A stretch of 64,000 nt of DNA from Cryomorphaceae bacterium (lineage in GTDB: Bacteria > Pseudomonadota > Gammaproteobacteria > Arenicellales > Arenicellaceae): the NCBI GenBank assembly GCA_047623225.1, contig JBLHME010000002.1, positions 675-64,674 of the forward strand, written 5' to 3'. The notes under the pieces were generated by a model that worked only from the letters and a program-made list of their open reading frames with translations, did not search any database and had not been told where the DNA came from. Numbering within the stretch: position 1 is the stretch's first letter; each line of letters opens with the position of its first letter. This document shows, piece by piece, positions 1 to 8,547 of the stretch. The translations under genes were made by a program, and so were the position numbers.

Positions 1-258
1 GCGCGAGGCATGGTGCGCAGAGTGAGCATTCGATGTCAAAACTATTTTGCAGCTATGTCGGTGGCAAAAAACTCAGATCAATTGCTCACTATTCCGCGCT
101 CATTGGCTGCACATTTGATTGACCATGAGATTGCAGTGCTGCCGGTGCCAGTGAAGATACCCGACTTGGTTACCAAGCTTTATTGGCACGAACATACCGA
201 AGATGATGAGGCTCTCGCTTGGCTGCGAAAGTTGTTCATTGAACAAATAACGCTTTAG
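1..258 (+). CDS. LysR-family transcriptional regulator, C-terminal substrate-binding domain (5' end outside window)
   Basis: Pattern ...SDQLLTIPRSLA...VLPVPVKIP...LYWHEH...LAWLR is typical of LysR (NodD/LeuO-type) C-termini; the frame is open from the window start. Confidence 0.8.
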   Translation, partial: ARGMVRRVSIRCQNYFAAMSVAKNSDQLLTIPRSLAAHLIDHEIAVLPVPVKIPDLVTKLYWHEHTEDDEALAWLRKLFIEQITL

Positions 259-322
259 CAGTAGATATACTAAACGCCGGTCACCTAGCTCTTTAGAGCA
301 CTTGCGCGTTTGCCCTGCTCGC

Positions 323-3088
323 CTAACTCGCGGCCCATTGCACAGCCTGTTCCTGCCAGTCGTCAATGTCTTGTTGACTCATTTGCACAGAGGCAAAAAA
401 ACTCTGTAATGCCTGTTCCAAATCCTCTGAATAGGAACGCTTCTTTTCTATCAAAGCTGGCAGTGAATCCACGCCTGATTGATCCAATAATCTTGCGAGG
501 TAGCGAGGCGGCAGCTCGCTAAGTGGCGCATCAGTCATGCCCAATAGTCGCTCCCATAATTGCTGAATGCGCCAGAACTGAATGATTTCGCTTAAATGCT
601 CTACACCAGAACCAGCAACACTAGCCCTCAGACACGTATCAAAGTCAGTATTATCGAGCTGCAACTCAGCGCCACGTAGCAAGATTAAACAAGCAGCGAG
701 GTATTCGGCTTGCATAAGCCCCCCTTTGCGTAATTTGCTGTGCATCACCTCTGGGCTGGTATCGCTCAAACGGTGTTTATCAATCCGATTCCACATTTTC
801 AAGCTATCCTTTAGAAATTGCCCTTGATTACGTGGGGAGGTAATTACTCCGTGTTTAATCTTATTTATTTGTTCCACTAATGCTGGGTTGCCTGCAACCA
901 CCCTGCTTGGCATCATCGCGATATGCTCCCAAGTATGTGCGCGCTTGGAGTGGTGCTGTGCAAAGCTCTGAATACTCACCGTGGGTGCCCCTGATTTACC
1001 AGATGGCCTAAGGCGCGTATCTAGCTCGTACACCATGCCTTCTCGCATCGGCGTGGAAATCGCAGTTTGCAAGCGGCTCACGTACTTTAAGGCGAGCTCC
1101 AGTGACACCGATTCAGGGTCAAACAAGAAAATCAGATCGAGATCGGATAAGGGCGACATGCGGCGCAAAGCAACTTTGCCCATTCCGATGACAGTGATTG
1201 GCACCTCATCGAGCTGCATATGATCAGCCACTACACGCAAGGCTAGCTGCAAAGTATGCTCGGCCAAATCACTGAGAGCAGCTTGGAAGGTTTGTACATC
1301 CATTCGGCCTTGCAAGAAATTCAAATATAATTGGTACAAGTGTTCATTTACAAAACGGCGCATTCGCTCAAGACGCTGCTCATAATTCTCGGCTTGACGA
1401 ACATAGCCGCTGTCAAAGGGTTCAGGGTATTGCCATTCACCGCGCACATAGCAATCAATAATGTGTGGTGATTGGCGCAGCAAGCTGGTCATTGCAGGCG
1501 AATGTAATAACGGCGGAACAAAGCGATGTAGCAATTCTGGCGATTCAGCCAATAAACGGAAATACTGCTCACCGGTCGGCAATGCTCGAAAGAAATCATG
1601 CAAACGCACAATGATGATATTCGAATCCTCATGCGCACCCAGCAAATAGTCGGCTAGGGCGCGCGTGAGTGGCAGCAAGCGATGCCGTACCTGATTAGAA
1701 ACGCCATATATTTGATAGCCGTTTTCCCAAGCTTCGACAATTGTCTCTGCTTGGTCTGACAAGTCATCTGGCCAAATTGGCGCTTGGCCTTGCGCTGCTG
1801 TCTGCTCAGCGAATAGCTCCTCAAAAGCTTGGTTGACTAATCTTCGTTCGGCATTAACCTGTTTAACCAACTCACTCCACGAATCAAGTTTGAGTAACAA
1901 CAGCAGATTTTCTTGCGTCTCGGGCGATGTTGGAATGACATGGGTCTGTTGATTGCCCATCATTTGCAAAGCGTTTTCAATGCTGCGCAAAAGGCGGTAG
2001 CTGTGCACCAACTTTAGGGCAGTGTCTGATTCCAAATGATTACGTTTTGATAGTTCCTCAAGCGCAGTGACGGTATGAGGATTGCGTAACTCGCGTATGC
2101 GCCCACCCCACACCAATTGCAGGGCATTGGCGATAAACTCAATTTCACGTATTCCACCGCTGCCGAGCTTCACGTTGAAACCAACTATGTCATCGCCAAT
2201 CGGCTCGCGCCATTGTCGCTGGGCTCTTAAAGAAGGGTGCTCAAGATTAATCCGTTGCTTAATTTCAGCAAGTTCATCAAGCGCCCTATAGTCAAGATTT
2301 TGCCGCCAAATAAATGGATCTATGGTCTTGAGGAACACCTCCCCTAGAGCTTTGTCACCGGCGACCACTCGCGCTTTCATTAAAGCTAATCGGTGCCAGG
2401 GCGATGCCCTATAAAAATAGTAGTCTTCGGCCGCCGAGACAGACATTGCTAACGTAGTTGCTGAGGCATTTGGCCGGAGACGCCAATCGACCCTCCAGAC
2501 AAAATTAGAGGATCCACCCTGACCCAGTAATTGCGTTAATTTCTGCAGCACTTGGTGACAAACGTAACTCTTTCCGATCGCATCAGGGACTGGAATCACG
2601 ACGGGGTCGAAATAGGCAACTAAATCCACATCGCTGGAAAAATTGAGATCATTGCCACCTAATTTGCCCATGCCAAAGATAAACAAACCGGCAATATCAC
2701 CATTGCTCTGTTGCACTGGTTTGGCGATGGCACGATGCTTTTTGGACACGGCCACCCAGGCCAGCCGCAAGGCATAATTAATGCTGCACTCAGCAAACTG
2801 AGTTTGCCAAATACCGCGCTCGTTGGCTGTTGCTACGGATTGTAATTCGGCTAAGCTCCATAGCAAGGTAAAATTGACTTTGGCCTGTAAAAGTTTCTCT
2901 TCTCCTTGTTGTAATAAATTTTCCTTAGAACAATCGAGCGGCGCGTTTAGCGATCCACACAATGTCTGCAGCAAAGCGGGTATCTCAGTTGGGCCAGTGT
3001 TTATTGAATGCTTGGAATTTTCGGCCAACCTAGAAAGGTAGACCGAGGCTTCGATCAAACTTTTTATAGATATCTCAGCGGTCATCAA
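323..3088 (-). CDS. glnE: Bifunctional glutamine synthetase adenylyltransferase/adenylyl-removing enzyme
   Basis: 921 aa with two nucleotidyltransferase modules: GMGKLGGNDLNFSSDVDL...RVDWRLRP...KLGSGGIREIEF and GMGK...SDLDL...YELDTRLRPSG. Confidence 0.93.
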   Translation of the reverse strand: MMTAEISIKSLIEASVYLSRLAENSKHSINTGPTEIPALLQTLCGSLNAPLDCSKENLLQQGEEKLLQAKVNFTLLWSLAELQSVATANERGIWQTQFAECSINYALRLAWVAVSKKHRAIAKPVQQSNGDIAGLFIFGMGKLGGNDLNFSSDVDLVAYFDPVVIPVPDAIGKSYVCHQVLQKLTQLLGQGGSSNFVWRVDWRLRPNASATTLAMSVSAAEDYYFYRASPWHRLALMKARVVAGDKALGEVFLKTIDPFIWRQNLDYRALDELAEIKQRINLEHPSLRAQRQWREPIGDDIVGFNVKLGSGGIREIEFIANALQLVWGGRIRELRNPHTVTALEELSKRNHLESDTALKLVHSYRLLRSIENALQMMGNQQTHVIPTSPETQENLLLLLKLDSWSELVKQVNAERRLVNQAFEELFAEQTAAQGQAPIWPDDLSDQAETIVEAWENGYQIYGVSNQVRHRLLPLTRALADYLLGAHEDSNIIIVRLHDFFRALPTGEQYFRLLAESPELLHRFVPPLLHSPAMTSLLRQSPHIIDCYVRGEWQYPEPFDSGYVRQAENYEQRLERMRRFVNEHLYQLYLNFLQGRMDVQTFQAALSDLAEHTLQLALRVVADHMQLDEVPITVIGMGKVALRRMSPLSDLDLIFLFDPESVSLELALKYVSRLQTAISTPMREGMVYELDTRLRPSGKSGAPTVSIQSFAQHHSKRAHTWEHIAMMPSRVVAGNPALVEQINKIKHGVITSPRNQGQFLKDSLKMWNRIDKHRLSDTSPEVMHSKLRKGGLMQAEYLAACLILLRGAELQLDNTDFDTCLRASVAGSGVEHLSEIIQFWRIQQLWERLLGMTDAPLSELPPRYLARLLDQSGVDSLPALIEKKRSYSEDLEQALQSFFASVQMSQQDIDDWQEQAVQWAAS

Positions 3089-3136
3089 TAGCTTATTGAC
3101 ATTCGATTCTTGTTTGGTGAGCAGTTTGCTGGTGGC

Positions 3137-3460
3137 TTAGACCGCATCGACAGCTTGAATTTCCTGCTCTTGTAGCTTCCGTTGCTCTAACTTTCTTGCA
3201 GCGTACCAGCAAGAAGTGGTGATGAATAAGTTCTCACTGTCCGCCCATGCAAAAGCATGCTGTACCAATAAAGCCGCCAGTCCTTTACTCCGATAAGTTT
3301 CGGGCACAAATGTGGTCCAAAAATCAACCTGGGCTATCGCTGATTTAGTATCTGAACGGCGGTACTTTATGTAAGCGCGCTGACCGTCTTCTAGCGCAAC
3401 ATAGAATAGATCTTCTTCGGCTTGGTGCAATATTTGGAATTCACTCATAGGCTCAAACAC
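3137..3460 (-). CDS. Small GNAT-family N-acetyltransferase (YjdJ-like)
   Basis: TFVPETYRSKGLAALLV...SCWYA motif, 107 aa. Confidence 0.8.
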   Translation of the reverse strand: MFEPMSEFQILHQAEEDLFYVALEDGQRAYIKYRRSDTKSAIAQVDFWTTFVPETYRSKGLAALLVQHAFAWADSENLFITTSCWYAARKLEQRKLQEQEIQAVDAV

Positions 3461-3493
3461 GTATTTGGTGACACAGCAGGTATGTCGATAATA

Positions 3494-6400
3494 TCAGAGG
3501 CAAAGCAAAACCACTTTGTCATTTGCTGTTTTGATGGGCACACAAAGATCATCATCTATTATCACGCTGCTTGTGCAAGCATCACCCACGCCATCGCCGT
3601 CACTATCTTCTTGAGAAGGATTTGCTACGAATACGCAATTATCATTTACGTTGTAGATCGAGTCATTATCAGAGTCTGGGTCGCAACTATCTCCCTCTGA
3701 ATCGCCATCAGTGTCTTTTTGTGCAGGATTATGATCTAAAGGACAGTTATCGTCGCCATCTAGCAGGCCATCGTTGTCATCATCATCATCACAAACATCG
3801 CCACCGTCGTCGGCGAAATCAGAGTTTACTTGCGCTGCGTTTTTATCGCCTGGGCAATTATCAACGTCGTCTACCTGGCCGTCTTTGTCGAAGTCAAGAT
3901 CGAGATCGGTGTTGATGGCGCTTACATCTCTTGGGTCAAGACCAGCGTACAAAATGTCACCGCTGACCGCCCCCTGCAAGCTGATGGTGTAGCTGATGTC
4001 ACCATCGACTTCATCATCATTTAGTCCGGTCACGGTAATTGTTTTTGCCATCAGTGCATCACTGGGGGTGAATATGATTTGATTGGCTGAGACGCTGGCT
4101 TCGCTGATGTCACTACTGAGCACCTCAATCTCTACGTTATGACTTGGAACGGTGGCGAGAGATACAGAAAATTGCGCAGTGGACCCCGCCTCGTCTGTGA
4201 CTAAATTATCGCCTGAAACGATAATCGCCGCGGTATCATCGTCTTGGTTAAGCAATGCTATGTCTTGCGCATTGACACCAGCGTAGTCAGTGTCATCACT
4301 CACGGCCGCCGCAATTATAATGCTATAGCTTACATCGCCATCGTCAAAATCATCATTCACTCCGCTTACGGTGACCGTTTTGGCGGAACTCCATTCGCTA
4401 CTATCAAAACTCAGAGCTGCTGGCGAAACACCGCCTTCGCTGGTATCTGAACTAAACAAAGCGATGTTGACGGGGAACTGTGGCTGACTGGCTAGAGCCA
4501 CGGTAAAAATTATTTGACCACCTGCCTCGGTGGTGGTGGTTTGACCGGTGCTAACAATCACTGACCCCAAGTCATCATCCGCATTTTGCGCAGCGATAGA
4601 TGGAATACTCAAAGAAGAATACGTGCCATCTGAGCTTGGGTCCACGCTAAGATCGACTTGGTAGTTCTGATCTCCATCATCGATAGAATCATCAGCGCCC
4701 GTGAGAACAACCGCTTGAGGCTGGTCCCAATTCAGCGAGCCAAAGGTTAGAGAAGACTTATCCAGATCGCCCTCTGACAAATCAGAACTGCTCAGATTAA
4801 CGATAACCGGATCAACTGGTTCACTGTTTAGCCTTAGGGTAAATGACTCGGCAGCCAGTTCTTCCGAAGTATCCAAGGTGCCATCCACCACTACAATAAA
4901 TCCAGCCATATCTGCATCGTCTGAATTGCTTAGCAATACGTCGCTAGGATTTATGCCATCGAAGTCTGTATCCAAGCTTTGTGCTGCGGCTGTTACTATC
5001 GTGAACGCGACATTGCCATCATCAATATCATCGTTTACACCTTTAACGGTAACTGTTTTAGCGGCCAATTGATTGGCGGGGGTAAACACTAATGTTGTGG
5101 GGCTCAGCGTAGCCTCACTGATGTCTGAGCTGCTTAGGTTTATCGTCACATCAGCGCTAGGAACGCGGTTTAGAGAAATCTCAAAGGTCGCTTCCGCGCC
5201 GGCCTCTGTAACCACCAAGCCTGTTTGAGGGCTAACCAACACCGCAGGTATAAAACTAAATTGAGCGGCGATGGTTTTGTGCGCGTCCATCGATACAGTG
5301 CAAGTGTTGACTGATAGAGAATCGCAACCTGCGCCTGTCCATGCGTCAAAGCGGTAGCCGGTTGCTGGTATAGCCGTGAGCGTGACATCGGCATTAATAG
5401 AATATTGCCCAAAGCAGCTGCTGTTCAATTCACCACAATTTATTTGCGAAAGGTCGCCAACAATACTGCCGTTGTTTGGCTTTTCAACTAACAGCGTTCG
5501 TTGAGAACTACCGTTAATTGAAAATCGGAGGGCCTGTTGCTCGGTCAGTACGGTTGCTGCGGGTTGACCTTGATTCAAGAAAGAAATACCTTCGGCCCCA
5601 TCGAAGGCTTCAATGCCAATCAATGCGCGCGCTGCAAAATCATAAATGGGGCTACCAAAGGTTAGATCATTGTACTGCAACACAATGTCGTTACTGCCTT
5701 CGTACAACACTGCTTGAAAGGTAACCGTGCCAGGCAAATTGTCTGACTCCTGCTTGAAGTGCAATAGATTATGCCATTGAATGATTAATCGCCTATTGGG
5801 CGCCGTGCCCTCGAGTTTGCTAAAAATACGGCCACTATTAACTGACGGATTCAAATCTTCCCACAGCACGGAGATAAAGTTATTTGGCACATTGCTACTG
5901 GGCAATTCGAGAAACTCAAAAAAACTAAGTTCAACGTCACCGCCAAATTTAAGCATGCCGTTACTGTGTGCGTAGAGTGAGTTATGAGAGATACCGTAAA
6001 ACTCAAAATCAAAGCCAATAGGGACTAGCGCACCGGCATCATCAACATTGCCCAAACCGATATCTGTGCCATCGCTGCTTTCGACCCAGCTATAGGGGTG
6101 GGCAGGATCGATGTCATAACTTGATACATCCACCACTACCCGGTTCAATGTTGTGGTTAAGCTACCCGCGGTGATGGTTATTGTCACCGCGCCAGCTATG
6201 TTTGGCGACCATGCTCCGAGATACCGCCCATCATCCGCCGTGGCGTCTGGCGCAACGCCATCATCCAAAAGATTCAGACTTGCTTCACCGTTGTCAAATG
6301 ACAAGGTAACCGTTTCACTCAACACTGGTTCACCGCAATTAGATAGGCCAACATCGAAATCGAGCACCTGCCCAATGCGAACATATTCGGAAGAAGAATT

Positions 6401-7876
6401 TGGTTCAAAATAGAGCTGGGTCTCACCTTCGACAAGCGAACAATTTAAAGCATCAAAAGCATTTACATAGCCACCTGTAACAGTGCGACCCTGAAGACTC
6501 GAGGCGCTTACCGCGGTATCCATCATTCGCCCTTTGATTTGCGGCCAACTAAGAGTTGCATCATGAGCTGCAAGCAAGGCAGCTACCCCCGCAACATGCG
6601 GAGAAGCCATCGAAGTGCCGCTTAATGTATCAACCCCGCTTGCACCCGAGGTGCTTAGTATCGAATCCCCTGGCGCGCCGATATCCACCGACTCCAGCCC
6701 ATAGTTGCTGGTGCCTGCTTTGTCGGCATTTCGTTGGATGGAGGCCACCGACACAATACTTGGCAAATTATAAGAAGAAGGATAGTGGGGTAATGAATCA
6801 TTGTCTTCGTTATCGTTGCCCGCAGCGGCGACAAACAAAATGTCTTGATTCTGTGTGGCCTGAATTGCATCGTACATGGCTTGACTAAAATCAGAACCTC
6901 CATAGCTATTGTTGGTTACTCTAATATTGATGCCCTTGTCGGCCTTCATATTGGCAACATAGGTAAGACATTCAACCGCGTCGGAAGTAGTACCATTTCC
7001 ATTTGCACCGAGGTACTTGAGGGCCATTAGGCGGACCTCCCAGTTCACCCCAGTAACTTGGTTAGCATTGTTACCCTGCGCGCCGATGGTACCAGCCACA
7101 TGGGTGCCGTGATAATCACTAAAATTATCGTCCAGCGGGTCGCCATCATTATTAATGCAGTCGATTCCGTGAACATCATCAATATAACCATTGCGATCGT
7201 CATCGATGCCGTTGCTAGCCTTGTCACGACTGTCTACATCCAATCCAGTTTCGCCTGGATTCTGCCAAATATTGCCTATCAGGTCTGGATGATTGTACTG
7301 AATTCCAGTATCGACTATACCCACCACGATCGACTCGCTGCCGGTTGTGAAGCTGTCCCAGGCTTCTGCTACGCCTATATCCACACCTGCTGTGCCGCCC
7401 GACTGGCCGGTATTATTAAGCCCCCACATGACATTAAAATCCGGGTCATCGGGGAGTGCAGTGGCATGCATTAACGAATCTGGCTCGGCGTATTCAACTT
7501 CGCCGCTGGCCATAAGCTGCTTAATAAAGGCAGCGCGATCGCCATTTGGATCATTCATCCTTAACACCGCGATCTCTAGGTCGTTGCTGCTAGCGTTAAC
7601 ACCGCCTGAGGATTGCTTTGAAGCTCTAGGTTTTGAGCCCTTGAGTATAAAGGATTTAATCTTGCGCAAGCCAGGTGGAAGCACAGATCGAGCAGATTGC
7701 TGGCTGCTCGCACCTAACGTCGACGGCAGACTCGTAGCCTGCTTATACTTAATAATTATTTGTGTGCTCGACTTGGACTCGGAAGTGGCCGCTTGAGTCG
7801 GGAGATTCCACACTAGGGGATTCCATGCCAAGCATAGAACCAGCATGTAACGCTTTAGCGAATCCGTACGGGTCAT
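3494..7876 (-). CDS. Secreted S8 subtilisin-like serine protease with Calx-beta-like repeats and thrombospondin type-3 repeats
   Basis: Signal peptide; catalytic triad motifs VGIVDTG, YHGTHVAG, SGTSMASPHVAG; LLDDGVAPDATADDGRY module; four ~115-aa repeats (TEAG..F...L...P...V....SSD.SE...); DNCP..N..Q.D.DGDG.GD.C repeats. Confidence 0.92.
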   Translation of the reverse strand: MTRTDSLKRYMLVLCLAWNPLVWNLPTQAATSESKSSTQIIIKYKQATSLPSTLGASSQQSARSVLPPGLRKIKSFILKGSKPRASKQSSGGVNASSNDLEIAVLRMNDPNGDRAAFIKQLMASGEVEYAEPDSLMHATALPDDPDFNVMWGLNNTGQSGGTAGVDIGVAEAWDSFTTGSESIVVGIVDTGIQYNHPDLIGNIWQNPGETGLDVDSRDKASNGIDDDRNGYIDDVHGIDCINNDGDPLDDNFSDYHGTHVAGTIGAQGNNANQVTGVNWEVRLMALKYLGANGNGTTSDAVECLTYVANMKADKGINIRVTNNSYGGSDFSQAMYDAIQATQNQDILFVAAAGNDNEDNDSLPHYPSSYNLPSIVSVASIQRNADKAGTSNYGLESVDIGAPGDSILSTSGASGVDTLSGTSMASPHVAGVAALLAAHDATLSWPQIKGRMMDTAVSASSLQGRTVTGGYVNAFDALNCSLVEGETQLYFEPNSSSEYVRIGQVLDFDVGLSNCGEPVLSETVTLSFDNGEASLNLLDDGVAPDATADDGRYLGAWSPNIAGAVTITITAGSLTTTLNRVVVDVSSYDIDPAHPYSWVESSDGTDIGLGNVDDAGALVPIGFDFEFYGISHNSLYAHSNGMLKFGGDVELSFFEFLELPSSNVPNNFISVLWEDLNPSVNSGRIFSKLEGTAPNRRLIIQWHNLLHFKQESDNLPGTVTFQAVLYEGSNDIVLQYNDLTFGSPIYDFAARALIGIEAFDGAEGISFLNQGQPAATVLTEQQALRFSINGSSQRTLLVEKPNNGSIVGDLSQINCGELNSSCFGQYSINADVTLTAIPATGYRFDAWTGAGCDSLSVNTCTVSMDAHKTIAAQFSFIPAVLVSPQTGLVVTEAGAEATFEISLNRVPSADVTINLSSSDISEATLSPTTLVFTPANQLAAKTVTVKGVNDDIDDGNVAFTIVTAAAQSLDTDFDGINPSDVLLSNSDDADMAGFIVVVDGTLDTSEELAAESFTLRLNSEPVDPVIVNLSSSDLSEGDLDKSSLTFGSLNWDQPQAVVLTGADDSIDDGDQNYQVDLSVDPSSDGTYSSLSIPSIAAQNADDDLGSVIVSTGQTTTTEAGGQIIFTVALASQPQFPVNIALFSSDTSEGGVSPAALSFDSSEWSSAKTVTVSGVNDDFDDGDVSYSIIIAAAVSDDTDYAGVNAQDIALLNQDDDTAAIIVSGDNLVTDEAGSTAQFSVSLATVPSHNVEIEVLSSDISEASVSANQIIFTPSDALMAKTITVTGLNDDEVDGDISYTISLQGAVSGDILYAGLDPRDVSAINTDLDLDFDKDGQVDDVDNCPGDKNAAQVNSDFADDGGDVCDDDDDNDGLLDGDDNCPLDHNPAQKDTDGDSEGDSCDPDSDNDSIYNVNDNCVFVANPSQEDSDGDGVGDACTSSVIIDDDLCVPIKTANDKVVLLCL

Positions 7877-8529
7877 TGGGTCTCTGTGCCAAATAAAATC
7901 GCTTCAGACTGATCAACAGACCAAGCAGTATACTTATCCATAACATCCAAAAACATGGATGAACTAAGACAGTATTCCAACCAATATAGCAGTTTTGGCA
8001 GTGGCAGATTGTCAAAATCCGCTTTATTTACGAACGCGAATTGCCGCACGAAAGGAAAAATAGCGGCATCCAGAGCGCTAAACTCCGTGCCAATTAAAAA
8101 GCAAATTCCTGACTCATTAAACCTTAGGCGCGCTTCAATCTCATGCAAAAATTTCTTTGCTTGATCAAAGTAATAAGTTTGTGACTCTTCGGGATAGCGA
8201 TCGAAATACTTGTAGCGGTCTAACCAGTATTTGAAATAATCATCATTCCGATGAATAAGTGGGTGGTCTAGCAGAGCAACCTGCCAGCGATCAAAATCGC
8301 TATTTTGAGTTAGCGCCCAGCGCATTACTTCAATGCTTTCATCTATGACTTCCGAATCAGTAAGCAATACTGGGACAGTTCCCTTGGAAGATGCTTGAAG
8401 CATCTGAGACGGTTTGTTACTAAGCACTACTTCTCTCAATTCGCAAACCACCGAGCTTTGTTGCAGCGCCATTCTTGCGCGAATCGCGTAAGGGCAGCGC
8501 CTAAAGGAATAGAGAATCGGCAACATCAT
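7873..8529 (-). CDS. Glutathione S-transferase family protein
   Basis: LYSFRRCPYAIRARMAL...KGTVPVL...IDESIEVM N-domain; DAAIFPFVRQFA C-domain. Confidence 0.9.
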   Translation of the reverse strand: MMLPILYSFRRCPYAIRARMALQQSSVVCELREVVLSNKPSQMLQASSKGTVPVLLTDSEVIDESIEVMRWALTQNSDFDRWQVALLDHPLIHRNDDYFKYWLDRYKYFDRYPEESQTYYFDQAKKFLHEIEARLRFNESGICFLIGTEFSALDAAIFPFVRQFAFVNKADFDNLPLPKLLYWLEYCLSSSMFLDVMDKYTAWSVDQSEAILFGTETQ

Positions 8530-8547
8530 TGGGTATTCCCAAACACG

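Noticed and set aside
3560-5240. Repetitive DNA resembling an array
   Set aside because: It is degenerate coding repetition from Calx-beta-like and thrombospondin-3 protein repeats; there are no identical repeats with unique spacers, so it is not CRISPR.
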